From an uncultured archaeon (GTDB lineage: Archaea; Thermoplasmatota; Penumbrarchaeia; JASLWR01), in the NCBI GenBank assembly GCA_964430885.1, contig CAYSHM010000015.1, positions 9,265 through 73,264 of the forward strand: a stretch of 64,000 nucleotides of DNA. Reading direction: 5' to 3'. The notes under the pieces were generated by a model. That model worked only from the letters and a program-made list of their open reading frames with translations. It was not told where the DNA came from and made no database searches. Positions 47,277 through 57,747 of the stretch are shown piece after piece (within the stretch, counting starts at the first letter, position 1; the number at the start of each line of letters is the position of its first letter). The position numbers and the translations under genes are program-made.

Positions 47277-49295
47277 TTATACCTGATCAATTCCCTGTCT
47301 TACCTTGACAGCCATGCCGCTTTGGAAATCCAACATCTCCTTTCTGTTCATAAGCGACTTACCCCAGGCAAGTAGATTGTCCTCTTCATCAACGAGAATA
47401 ACCTCATCACCAGGTCTTATATTATCATCACAACCAAGAACGAATTTGCAGAAGACGGTTTTTCCCTTTCTGACAAATGGTGCGGATTCTTTATCCATCA
47501 CGACCCGGTAATCCTTTCCAATTAAAGCCTTCTTTAAGAGCAATGCGCCCTTTCTTTTAAGAGTTATCCTCCCTGAAGAAGCAGAAACCGAGAAGACATG
47601 CTCCTCCTTGAAGAATACATTACGTATCCTGTCAGTGGACTTGCTCTTTCTGAACGCAATATCTTCGGAATTTCTTTTCATTATCTGGTCCCCTATCCCG
47701 CTTCCGAACTGCATATCGAGAGTTGATCTGATGGATAATATGTCCCTTTGATGCTTGCTCATTTTATTGGATTCGTCATATAATTTATCAGCCACGTGAT
47801 CTTTCAGTTCCTCCACCCATATCCTGACCTGTGCGAGAGGTTTTTCGCCTCGGATCTTCAGAACATATTTCACCTGCGGCCATATTTCTGCCACTTTGGG
47901 TCTATTTGAAGAGGATCCAGCATGTTTAGGATAGAGGGATTGTGAGAATGGATACATATGCGATAGTTCTATGGGGATCGGTCCCAGAGGTGTATCCACT
48001 GCTATGAATGCAGGCAGTATCTCATTAATTTCGTTTATCAGACTTCCATAGGTTACATCGTAGGGTTTGGAAGCATCGGGAAGGAGGATGCAGGTATCGC
48101 TCATGGGAATATAACGCTCCCTTAGAAAATTATCTATTCTTTGAACTTCTGGCCTCTTGAGGCTAAAGGGACCAGTGAGCATCATTCTTTTTTTGGATGC
48201 TGGTTCGAATAGTTCCAGTTGGTCAAAGTGTGTATACAGCCTTTCAAGAGCTTCATACAGCATCGGATGGCCAGAGCATCGCCGTTCCACCAGCTCCCAT
48301 AGTGTCCCAGAGATTATAGCTTCCTTTATTCTCCGTAGTTCCCCGAATGACACATAAAGATTGTGGGATGCCAGTTCTCTCTTCATTTCAATAAACGGTA
48401 ATTCAAGAAGTCTTTCGGCTCTTTGGTATTTCACACAGACCGGACAGGTGCAGGGGAGATGATCCATTTCCTTCAATTTACGGGTCCCATCGGTGAACAT
48501 CATTCTTGCGTCCTGAGCGTACTTTGCATAGGACGAGGAATCGAACAAATCGCACCCCATAGCAGATGCCAGTGCAAATATCATCGGGTGTCCGGCACCG
48601 AATAGATGGACCGGTTTGGATATATTCAATCCCCGCTTCGAAGCCATCACGATATCCACCATCTCGGCATACCGATAATCTTCCATGAGAGGAACAACAC
48701 CTCCGATGGGGAATACATCGCCATCTATATTCCCCCTAGACAGTTCGGTAGCGCATGTCTCCCTTAACTCAGGATATACGGATCCTTGAACAGTTGTTGC
48801 AAGAAAAGTTTCACCCTTTATCTTAGTGGAGATCTTGGCCCTCTCGAGAGTTCTTTCCATATCCTCTTTTGCTTCTGCGAAGGTCCTGTCCGGTGTAGAG
48901 AATATGTCAAGAATAGTCGCGATATCAACTCCTATATCCTTCTGGAACTGAACGATCTCCAAGGGTTCTACATCAACATCCCCATGGACATATGACTGGA
49001 ACGTCCCTGAATCGGTCATTATGGCTCCAGGGAAATCAAGTAATTCGTGGACGCCGGTTTCCAAAGCCTTTTCTTTTATTCTGGGGGTTTTATTGATGAT
49101 ATAGGAATTTGTGATCAATATATCGGCCCCGAATCTTTCCATGATCTGCCTTGGCGGGATCAGATCAATGTTTGGATTGATGACCGGCAGCAGTGTAGGT
49201 GTATGGACCTTTCCGTGGGGAGTATTGAATTCGCCGACCCTCCCCATGATGTCCCTGTTTTTTATCTGAAATTGGATCCCTGTCATTTTTATCAC
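47277..49295 (-). CDS. tgtA: Archaeosine tRNA-guanine(15) transglycosylase with C-terminal PUA domain
   Basis: TPTLLPVINP, ITNSYI, MTDSGTFQ, IGGVVPLME, HLFGAGHP, CDLFDSSSY, CxCxxC..H Zn site, PUA domain. Confidence 0.96.
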   Translation of the reverse strand: MIKMTGIQFQIKNRDIMGRVGEFNTPHGKVHTPTLLPVINPNIDLIPPRQIMERFGADILITNSYIINKTPRIKEKALETGVHELLDFPGAIMTDSGTFQSYVHGDVDVEPLEIVQFQKDIGVDIATILDIFSTPDRTFAEAKEDMERTLERAKISTKIKGETFLATTVQGSVYPELRETCATELSRGNIDGDVFPIGGVVPLMEDYRYAEMVDIVMASKRGLNISKPVHLFGAGHPMIFALASAMGCDLFDSSSYAKYAQDARMMFTDGTRKLKEMDHLPCTCPVCVKYQRAERLLELPFIEMKRELASHNLYVSFGELRRIKEAIISGTLWELVERRCSGHPMLYEALERLYTHFDQLELFEPASKKRMMLTGPFSLKRPEVQRIDNFLRERYIPMSDTCILLPDASKPYDVTYGSLINEINEILPAFIAVDTPLGPIPIELSHMYPFSQSLYPKHAGSSSNRPKVAEIWPQVKYVLKIRGEKPLAQVRIWVEELKDHVADKLYDESNKMSKHQRDILSIRSTLDMQFGSGIGDQIMKRNSEDIAFRKSKSTDRIRNVFFKEEHVFSVSASSGRITLKRKGALLLKKALIGKDYRVVMDKESAPFVRKGKTVFCKFVLGCDDNIRPGDEVILVDEEDNLLAWGKSLMNRKEMLDFQSGMAVKVRQGIDQV

Positions 49296-49945
49296 TATTC
49301 TGTTTCGTCAATTCTGAGATGTTCCGGTATGGGCGGTATGTAAAGAAAAGCATGAATTGCAGCGGAGAACCACAAGCCTGTTATGAGTCCGAAAAGAAAA
49401 CCTGTAGCCAGCCGGGTAATGTTGGTACTTTCGTAGGAAGAGATCATCTGTATGGACCCGTCTAGGGCCATGGGGAGTGCCAGCAGTATAGATAACAGCA
49501 CAAGAACAGGAGATAGCTGGAAATCCATGTGTTTATTTATCCTGCTGTCGCCCTTCATTATCAGTTTTCTAATGGGTTTGGGGATCAAACTCAGCAGTAT
49601 CTGTGATGCGAACATTCTGGTTGATGCAACCAGGGTGACCAGCATTCCAGCGGATAGGCCCGTGAAGATAGAAATGCATCTAGCGCACATGGGCAGCTGA
49701 TTACCATGGAGATGAAAGGATCTATCCTCAATCTGATGGCAATTGAAATCACCGAAGTAGTATATAATCCTAGGATACGGGGGCAGATCGTCCCAATGAT
49801 TTGAATGGTCCAGCATATTTGCGTTTGCGTCCAGATGGTCAACGGTTCCAGGTTCGAGGAGGAATGGCACTATGAAAAATGATATAGAGAAAAATCCTAT
49901 GATTATAAACAGTACCAGGGTTACTCTTTTTCCCGAAGAATCCAT
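49295..49945 (-). CDS. DUF2085-family membrane protein
   Basis: CHQIEDRSF..G.QLPMCARC, P.ALDG..Q....YESTN..R..TG. Confidence 0.87.
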   Translation of the reverse strand: MDSSGKRVTLVLFIIIGFFSISFFIVPFLLEPGTVDHLDANANMLDHSNHWDDLPPYPRIIYYFGDFNCHQIEDRSFHLHGNQLPMCARCISIFTGLSAGMLVTLVASTRMFASQILLSLIPKPIRKLIMKGDSRINKHMDFQLSPVLVLLSILLALPMALDGSIQMISSYESTNITRLATGFLFGLITGLWFSAAIHAFLYIPPIPEHLRIDETE

Positions 49946-50174
49946 ACCATCAGTAAGGGCTGTTTTGTGTTATAAAGGATTTGACAATTTTCTGCTTTTT
50001 ATAGTACAGTAGTTTCAATTCAACAGATTTATTTGCTTGATAGGTTTGGCCGTGGATGATTGAACAATAATTTAATATATTAGTCCCTTAATTTAATAAG
50101 GTTTCAATTATTATGTTTGCTGAATCTCCAGCAATTCAAAATAAATATTCGCAGTATTAAAGTTGGGTGTAGAT

Positions 50175-53100
50175 ATGAGGAAGAATGATTATAAGATAAT
50201 TTACAGGTTAATGATCCTTTTGATTGCGGCTTTTTTCTTAACTAGCTCCTTGCTCCCTTCCATCTCTGCAGGTCAGGGGCAGATGGATGACAAACCTGAT
50301 TTCTTGCTGGATCAAGAAAATGGAGCTTCAGGTGCGGTTATGGATCTAGACGAGAGTTTCCAGTGGGTGAATTATTCAGCCTATGATTCCAGCGGAGACG
50401 GTCTTAATGACAGTGTGAAAGCAAGATTCGGAGTTGTTACCCAGGGTCTTAGTGAGGAAGTCCAGGTGAACATGACAGTAACAAATTCCACTGGAGCAGT
50501 TGTGAAGACCGATTTTACACAATTCGTAGCCAGAAGAAGAGCAGTGAACATAACCAATCTGCATTTTGATTTTACAGCAGGAAAAACAGATAATTACAAT
50601 ATCTATCTAACATTGATAGACACAAATCACAACACTGTTGAAGATGACCATAACAATACCAATATATCCCTCTTTTTCCAATTCCAGAGATACGATATTC
50701 ATCTGGATACCTTTGTTTCAGACCTCAACGGCAACGGCAGTGCAAACGATGTGAAGATAATCTGTCTTGATTCTGATTCCCTTCCTGTTGAGAACGCAAC
50801 CATATTATTGGACGGTTGGGAAGTGGGCCGGACCGATGCCCGGGGCAATCTTACGATATTCAATGTCAGCGGGCATCATCGTGAGATAGATGCTTTCTAT
50901 TCTATAGCACATGCAAATACCGATATTGATATTGAAGCCAACCTTCCCGGGTTAATGATTGTTGATCCCGATCCGGAGGACAATGACGGTGACGGATACA
51001 ATGATGATGTGAAGGCATATGTCAGGCTGGCTGACGGATCCCCTGCCGTGGGAGCCACTGTGGATATCGGATGGAACAGAGCCTTTGTAAATGCAAGAGG
51101 TTTCGCACAGTTCAATAACTTGACTGATGGGCCTTATGATGTATGGGTAACTTACCTTGGTAATCTATACGCCCGTTCATATTTCTATTCTGAAGGTATT
51201 ACTATTGTAGAATATGACATGTATTTCTATTCTATTTATACATACCCAATTGATGCGGATGGCGACGGAAAGGAGAACGATCTGGAGATATACTGCGACG
51301 TGGATATCAGTGATGGTGTGACAGCAGAGGTGAACATCAACGCAACACTCTATGATAATTATGCTTACAAGATCGGGTTCGCAAACACAAGTTATGTAAC
51401 AACAGGATATGATGTGGAAAAGGAATTCTTTTATTTGTACGATCTTGAAGACGGAGTATACACTTTGAGATTTGAGCTGTTTGATTCAAATTGGACCCTC
51501 AGGGATGCCAGCACTCAGACAGAAATAGCAGTCGGAATGGAACATACCTTGGTCAATGTAGAGAAGATGGTGGATGACATGGACGGTGGAGGTAATATGA
51601 ACGATATAATGTTCTATGCGCACATTTGGGACAGAAGTGCGGAGAATATCACGGTCCGAACCTATTATTATTCTAACGATACCCTCTATAACGAATCGAT
51701 CACTGATGAATGGGGAATGGTAGAACTGTTTAACCTTCCGGAGGATAAATATTATTTCCACGCCTATAAACCAAACAGACAATTCTCTGAATATGGAAAT
51801 TTCACTATCTACACGAGGTTCCCCCGGGCTTTTCAGACCATGGAATTTCTCACTGATGCTGACTGGGACGGTGATTTCGATGATTTCATGATCTACGCAT
51901 ATGACTCGTTTGGGATGGCCGATCAGAATACCTATGTAGAGGTTTGGGATGAATTCGGCTGGAGGGTTGACGATGGTATGACAAATGACCCACAGTATGG
52001 TCCAGGATATTTTATTGCTTACGATGTTGATAGATGGGAGGATTCAAACACATTCACCTTTTCAGCTCAGCATATTACTCCCCAATTCACAACAAACGTA
52101 ACTAACGGAACGTTCTTTACAGACCTGGTTAATAGCGTTTATTATCTGCCGCTTTTCATAGAGACAAGGGTCTATGATGCCAACGGAACTGGACTGGAAG
52201 ATGATGTTGAAATTACAGTAACGGATATGAACGGAAATCCTGCAGTGGATGCTGAAGTTGAGATTCACAATACATATTACAGCGAAATTAACAATTACTG
52301 GGAAATATGGACAAGAACGGATAATAACGGAAAAGCATTTTATTCTGATCTACCCGGGGGAGAATATAAAGTCTATGCCTTTGATTATTTCAATAATTCC
52401 CGCGGGAATAATAAATTCAATTCTAGAGGATCCTTGGGAATGTTATTGGATTCATTCACCAATGCAAGAACATTGGTGTTAAATGATGATCTGATTAGGG
52501 ACGATATTGATTTAACCTTTGAGATTAAATGCAGCGCGTTTGGTTGGGAAAACATTACCATAATCACCAATATATCTTATGAATCCAATGGTACTGTTTT
52601 TAAATTGTTAAACGAAACTATGATGAGTGATATTGATATTTATTACCAAAATTATGTTTTTAATATCCCATTTGGAAATTATTCAGTCTCAATAAAACTA
52701 TATGATGAGAACAACACCCTAAGAGATCAAAAAAACATCAAAAACCTGCGATTGTATGAATCTGAACGGATTTTAAACACAGGTATAACTTTCTATTCAT
52801 ATTGGAATGAAATATTTTTAGCTCCACGATACATTGATGTATATAATCTTGTATCAAACTTTACATTGAAGAATTCTACAGGTATCGTGGATATTTCATC
52901 TTTCGAATGGCATTCTAAGGTATATTATGATCTTTATCCTGATACATATCAATGGTTCGTGAATGAAACAAGGTTTGGTTTAAATGATTCTGGGGAGTTT
53001 CTAATAGATATGAACTACGGTTTTGATTGTTTTTTATCAGACGAGGATAATGAGGGCTATTATGATGATTTTACCATCTTTGTTTATGATCGCAACGGTT

Positions 53101-56096
53101 CCGATATCGAGAATGCCATTGTAACCGTATGGGACGCAAACGGCCTACCCTTCACCTCAGGCAGAACTACAGGTGGCAAATTCGCCCTATACAACCTGTC
53201 AAAAGGAAATTATACCTACACTCTTACCCACAACCGCAAAACCCTCCTATCAGGTGATTTTTATTCATATACAAACGGTTACATGAATCATCCTCCTGTG
53301 GCCAACATTTCCCACCCCAGGAATGACAGCACTTTCATGCGGAATGATAACGTATATTTTGATGCAGGGAATTCCTCTGATTCGGATGTCAATGATACAA
53401 TTCATTTTACCTGGGTATCGGATAAAGAAGGTGTATTATCCCATGCAGTGAACTTCAATACGACATCACTGAGCCCTGGAGTTCATACCATTACCCTATA
53501 CTGCGACGACGCTCATGAGCAAAACGTATCCACATCAATCATTATCACGATTCTAACACCGAATATACTGCCGACTGCTAATGCAGGGGAGGATATTGTG
53601 GCCTTTATCAATGAGACCGTTGAATTACTAGGTTCTGCTTGGGATGAGGATGGATCCATTGTCAGGTACAAGTGGGATTTCGACGGGGACGGGATCTTTG
53701 ATTGGAACCAGACATCCAATCAGATGGTTGCATATACATATGCGGAACTAGGGCTTTATCATCCTGTATTCTGGATCATGGACGATAGGGGGGATGTGGA
53801 TGAAGATACCATCAATATCACAGTCACTTACCGCAACAGCCCTCCGGTCCCTAGAGCGGGGGAGGAATTGGATGTTTTCACCGGTGACAAATGCATCCTG
53901 AACGGAACAGGGTCCTATGATCCGAACATGAACTACGGAGACCTTATAGTGACATACGGGTGGAACTGCACAAGTCATTTCAATTTCAGCCTGAACCAGT
54001 CTGACAGCCCTGAACCCCATTTCACTCCAACCATGGCAGGCATATACACTTTCAAACTCTCGGTCAAGGACATTAATGGAGCCTGGTCCCTATGGGAGGA
54101 TACTGTGAATGTGACAGTCACCGATCGTCCCAATGTCCGTCCTGTTGCAAAGGCCGGCCCTGATAGAATGGGCTACCTGGGAGATTCCTTCGTATTGGAC
54201 GCAAGGGGAAGCAGGGATACTGACGGGGAGATAGTTGAATATCTATGGAGATGTGACTATCCGGAGGATGCGGCCCCTGACACTGGAGAACCTAATTTCA
54301 CTTTTACACCTTTAGATGACAGTGCCTACAACTTCAGCCTCAGAGTGAGGGATGATGACGATGCGTGGAGTCTCTGGGACTTTGTCAATATCAGTGTGGT
54401 GGAAACAAACCTCAAACCAATAGCTGAAGCGGTGCCCGTGAGCCAGGCAGAGGTATTTGAACCTGTTATCCTTAAGTCCACTGGAAGTTATGATCCCAAC
54501 GACGATATGAATGATAATGGGATTATTGATTATGATGAATCTGACAATCTGTATTACCAGTGGGATATTGACGGTGACAATAAAACAGATATTACTGGCA
54601 GAACAACTTCCTACGTCTATACGGAAACAGGGACTTTCAAGGTAACCTTGAAGGTGACTGACCAGGGGACTGACACGGATCCTGAACCTTTATGGGACTC
54701 GGATTATTTCCAGATACTGGTGAAAGTCAAGAACAGTGCTCCTGTTGCACATATTGACCAGGAAGACGGAATGATAGCGGAGGAAGGAGAAAAGGTATCC
54801 TTGTCAGCTTATGATACTTATGATGAACAGGAGGATTCTGACGGAGATGGAATTCTATCCATCTCTGAACTGGATGATCTGGAAATTTATTGGGATATGG
54901 ATCTTGCCACAGATATGAACGATGACGGCATACCGGATAATGATATTGACGGAATAGGTGTTACTTTCGACCCCAGGTACTCTGAATACGGGGATTATAG
55001 TATTGGTTTGACCGTTACAGACGGAGAAGGTGCTTCATCCACTGATGAGATAGAAATCATAATCAATGCTGTTCCGACAGACCCTGTATTGTTCATTCAG
55101 CCTATTCAGGATAACTACTATCAGGACCAGATAATCACCTTTTCAGCAGACAGCGATGATCCGGACGGAAAGGATAGTGATCTTGAATACCAATGGGATA
55201 TGGATTCAGACGGGATAGTAGACGCCAATGGTGAGGACATCGAGCATTCATATGAGGCCAGTGGGAACTATATGATCACAATAACCGTTGTTGATAAATT
55301 GGGATCGTTTTCCACTTCAAAGAATACTATTTCCATTCTTCCGCCTATTCAGATTATGGTGGGCATACCCACAATATTGACTCCGCAATCAGGTATGACA
55401 TTTTACGGAGAAGAACTAGCGGTAGAGGCGCGCTCCCCTGATTCTATGATCATGTACCTTGAGATTAGTCTGAACCAGCGTTCCTGGATGCGAATGGATC
55501 AGGAAGGCGACAGCGATATCTGGAAGCACAAATATAACATATTCCAGTTTGCTGAGGTAGAGAGCATTACCATTTATGTAAGAGGAGCACTCAGAGACCA
55601 TTCAGGCAGCAGGGTCTATACTGAATCAGATGATGTGAGTTTTAAAATCGGCAGCAGTGAAGATGATGATTCTAACGAATACAAATCTTTTCAGGATATG
55701 ATAAGCGATAACAAGATGGTATTTATTGCCTTGATAGGATTTATCCTATTCATATTGATACTTATGTTCATTTTAAGATCGGGAAGAAAGGATCGAAGGG
55801 ATGAATTATTGGTAAAAGGGGAGATAGAGGGAAAAAAGAAGAAAAAAACGAAAAGGAAAGATAAGAAAGGAGCAAGTGAAGTTCAACCATTAGAGATTGA
55901 GGCTTTAGATGACTCTGACGGAAGTCAGATTGATGAAGAAGGAAAGGCTGTTGACAAAGGAAGGAATATAGATATTCAATGTCCTGGTTGTGATAACACC
56001 TTCACCCAAAGATCAACTGGCAGATGGCCCTTGATAATGAAATGCCCTTCCTGCGGGGCAACCGGAAAGATCACGGTGGACATGCTTCCAAAATAA
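50175..56096 (+). CDS. Giant surface protein: DxDxDG-initiated beta repeats, multiple PKD domains, TM, cytoplasmic Zn ribbon
   Basis: ~1973 aa; signal peptide; N.PP.A.AG...W D.DGDG PKD modules; TM + Lys-rich stretch; CPGC...CPSCG at the end. Confidence 0.88.
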   Translation: MRKNDYKIIYRLMILLIAAFFLTSSLLPSISAGQGQMDDKPDFLLDQENGASGAVMDLDESFQWVNYSAYDSSGDGLNDSVKARFGVVTQGLSEEVQVNMTVTNSTGAVVKTDFTQFVARRRAVNITNLHFDFTAGKTDNYNIYLTLIDTNHNTVEDDHNNTNISLFFQFQRYDIHLDTFVSDLNGNGSANDVKIICLDSDSLPVENATILLDGWEVGRTDARGNLTIFNVSGHHREIDAFYSIAHANTDIDIEANLPGLMIVDPDPEDNDGDGYNDDVKAYVRLADGSPAVGATVDIGWNRAFVNARGFAQFNNLTDGPYDVWVTYLGNLYARSYFYSEGITIVEYDMYFYSIYTYPIDADGDGKENDLEIYCDVDISDGVTAEVNINATLYDNYAYKIGFANTSYVTTGYDVEKEFFYLYDLEDGVYTLRFELFDSNWTLRDASTQTEIAVGMEHTLVNVEKMVDDMDGGGNMNDIMFYAHIWDRSAENITVRTYYYSNDTLYNESITDEWGMVELFNLPEDKYYFHAYKPNRQFSEYGNFTIYTRFPRAFQTMEFLTDADWDGDFDDFMIYAYDSFGMADQNTYVEVWDEFGWRVDDGMTNDPQYGPGYFIAYDVDRWEDSNTFTFSAQHITPQFTTNVTNGTFFTDLVNSVYYLPLFIETRVYDANGTGLEDDVEITVTDMNGNPAVDAEVEIHNTYYSEINNYWEIWTRTDNNGKAFYSDLPGGEYKVYAFDYFNNSRGNNKFNSRGSLGMLLDSFTNARTLVLNDDLIRDDIDLTFEIKCSAFGWENITIITNISYESNGTVFKLLNETMMSDIDIYYQNYVFNIPFGNYSVSIKLYDENNTLRDQKNIKNLRLYESERILNTGITFYSYWNEIFLAPRYIDVYNLVSNFTLKNSTGIVDISSFEWHSKVYYDLYPDTYQWFVNETRFGLNDSGEFLIDMNYGFDCFLSDEDNEGYYDDFTIFVYDRNGSDIENAIVTVWDANGLPFTSGRTTGGKFALYNLSKGNYTYTLTHNRKTLLSGDFYSYTNGYMNHPPVANISHPRNDSTFMRNDNVYFDAGNSSDSDVNDTIHFTWVSDKEGVLSHAVNFNTTSLSPGVHTITLYCDDAHEQNVSTSIIITILTPNILPTANAGEDIVAFINETVELLGSAWDEDGSIVRYKWDFDGDGIFDWNQTSNQMVAYTYAELGLYHPVFWIMDDRGDVDEDTINITVTYRNSPPVPRAGEELDVFTGDKCILNGTGSYDPNMNYGDLIVTYGWNCTSHFNFSLNQSDSPEPHFTPTMAGIYTFKLSVKDINGAWSLWEDTVNVTVTDRPNVRPVAKAGPDRMGYLGDSFVLDARGSRDTDGEIVEYLWRCDYPEDAAPDTGEPNFTFTPLDDSAYNFSLRVRDDDDAWSLWDFVNISVVETNLKPIAEAVPVSQAEVFEPVILKSTGSYDPNDDMNDNGIIDYDESDNLYYQWDIDGDNKTDITGRTTSYVYTETGTFKVTLKVTDQGTDTDPEPLWDSDYFQILVKVKNSAPVAHIDQEDGMIAEEGEKVSLSAYDTYDEQEDSDGDGILSISELDDLEIYWDMDLATDMNDDGIPDNDIDGIGVTFDPRYSEYGDYSIGLTVTDGEGASSTDEIEIIINAVPTDPVLFIQPIQDNYYQDQIITFSADSDDPDGKDSDLEYQWDMDSDGIVDANGEDIEHSYEASGNYMITITVVDKLGSFSTSKNTISILPPIQIMVGIPTILTPQSGMTFYGEELAVEARSPDSMIMYLEISLNQRSWMRMDQEGDSDIWKHKYNIFQFAEVESITIYVRGALRDHSGSRVYTESDDVSFKIGSSEDDDSNEYKSFQDMISDNKMVFIALIGFILFILILMFILRSGRKDRRDELLVKGEIEGKKKKKTKRKDKKGASEVQPLEIEALDDSDGSQIDEEGKAVDKGRNIDIQCPGCDNTFTQRSTGRWPLIMKCPSCGATGKITVDMLPK

Positions 56097-56194
56097 TGTG
56101 TCAAGAGATTTATCAAGCATACTGGAATAACAAAATATTTTAATAATAAATATCTTTACGTGGTTTCATAATATTCTTATGTTCCATAGCAGAT

Positions 56195-56266
56195 GCCACC
56201 GTGGCTTAGAGGTATAGCGATGCCTTGGTAAGGCATAGGTCGCGGGTTCAATTCCCGCCGGTGGCT
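56195..56266 (+). tRNA. tRNA-Thr(GGT)
   Basis: GCCACCG/CGGTGGC acceptor stem, anticodon arm ATGCC-TTGGTAA-GGCAT, T arm GCGGG-TTCAATT-CCCGC. Confidence 0.96.
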
Positions 56267-56461
56267 CTCTCTTTTTAATCTTTATATCTATTATAATTTT
56301 TAGAAGAAACAATATAGGGTATATTCTGTGAAGGCCTTTCTTGAAAAAAAAGTTAATAGCAATCAGTCAAGTTAAGAATAGCAAGAAAAAAGACCGAAGT
56401 ATATTAAATTTAAAACTAAGAAAAAATATCAATAAAAACCAAACTAAATTAAATATAAAAT

Positions 56462-56484
56462 AGGGATCAAATAAATTGATCCCT
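56462..56484 (-). terminator. Hairpin terminator-like element
   Basis: AGGGATCAA-ATAAA-TTGATCCCT, followed by T-rich sequence on the - strand, just after the stop of the 74-aa gene. Confidence 0.6.
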
Positions 56485-56517
56485 TCATTGTTTATTCGGA
56501 TAAGGACAATAATTGGT

Positions 56518-56742
56518 CTAGGCTTTCATTATTTTCATCCAGCCGTCTGACTCATAGACTGCTAGACCCTTGTCGTTCAGGAGGTCCTCAAACTGACCCC
56601 AGTCTATAACCTCAATCCTTGCATTGTTTCCTTTTGTGAATTGTACACCATTGGTGCCAATAACCTTTCCGGGTTTCAGATTCTTCTTTTCTGCTATTTT
56701 TCTAGCATCACTTACTGTGATCTTTTCCATAACCATTATCAT
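56518..56742 (-). CDS. Small hypothetical protein
   Basis: Globular-looking ~70-aa ORF with AGAGGGGTG RBS, AT-rich promoter region and downstream hairpin. Confidence 0.75.
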   Translation of the reverse strand: MIMVMEKITVSDARKIAEKKNLKPGKVIGTNGVQFTKGNNARIEVIDWGQFEDLLNDKGLAVYESDGWMKIMKA

Positions 56743-56960
56743 ACACCCCTCTGATTTTTAATGTGTCTGAGCGAACACAATACTCCATAATAATAACTGG
56801 TATATAATATTTACGGAAAAAAATCAATTACCGAAATATACTGGTATGTTTTACACCCCGAATTGTATTATAAATATCTATCGGAAGAGAAAAAAAACAT
56901 ACTATTTTTTTACTGGCAAAAAATGGAACCTCTCCCCCTCTTAATAAAAATTCAAAATTA

Positions 56961-56990
56961 AAAAAGGCATCCCCTTACATCGGGGGATGC
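56961..56990 (-). terminator. Hairpin + T-tract terminator-like element
   Basis: GCATCCCC...GGGGATGC (56967-56990) followed by a T run on the - strand, downstream of the DUF350 gene. Confidence 0.65.
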
Positions 56991-57037
56991 GGTCATAATT
57001 CCATTTATTTATTTCATTGTAATACATGACGATTATA

Positions 57038-57550
57038 TTATGCAAAGGCACTGGCCAAACCTGACACGCCGGCCTGAATCACAATAGATACTGCTACCAC
57101 TACACCAGCCATGACAATACCGATGGCAACATTGCCTTTCTTCAGTTCATCAACTTCTTCCACTTTGGTGGTTATCTTATCCCATACCTTGAAAGCAATG
57201 GTAATTGCCAGCACAGCAAATATCAGACCCACTACAACCTGAAGAAGTCCGCCTCCAACGGGCATCATGTAATCCTTTACTCCAGCCCCCTTCTCGATGG
57301 TTGTAAGGTTCGTGGTAAGCCCAGCAATACCTGATGCTATGACGTTAGCAATAGCTATTACCACACCCAACATCAACCAGGCAACTGCGGCATTTCCTTT
57401 TTTAATTTCAGTCTCAAGGTCAAGTCCGCCAGTCAGTTTACTAAGCAGCCTAACACCTATATATATAGCTCCCACGGCCAAACCCAGGCCTATTATGAGC
57501 TGTACTATTCCGATCGCAATCTTAACAATTGTTTCTACCATTTCACTCAT
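57038..57550 (-). CDS. DUF350-family membrane protein (two repeats)
   Basis: EIKKGNAAVA and ELKKGNVAIG repeats, 4 TM segments; GGAGG RBS before ATG 57550. Confidence 0.85.
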   Translation of the reverse strand: MSEMVETIVKIAIGIVQLIIGLGLAVGAIYIGVRLLSKLTGGLDLETEIKKGNAAVAWLMLGVVIAIANVIASGIAGLTTNLTTIEKGAGVKDYMMPVGGGLLQVVVGLIFAVLAITIAFKVWDKITTKVEEVDELKKGNVAIGIVMAGVVVAVSIVIQAGVSGLASAFA

Positions 57551-57747
57551 ATCATTTCCTCCTTTATAATACATGGTTCATTCACTCAAACCTTTCCGGC
57601 CATAATTTCAAGAAATATGCCCATATTACAGGTTCTCATTGAGCTAAAAAACCATCATGATTTAATTCTATATAACACTGTTTATTAAAATAGCATAAGG
57701 TATTTCAAAACCCTTGAGGATGACAAGGTCAAATAGAAATGATTTGT

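Noticed and set aside
56267-56460. AT-rich stretch after tRNA-Thr as a possible island boundary
   Set aside because: No duplicated tRNA-Thr 3' end or integrase was found; it is explained by convergent terminator regions.
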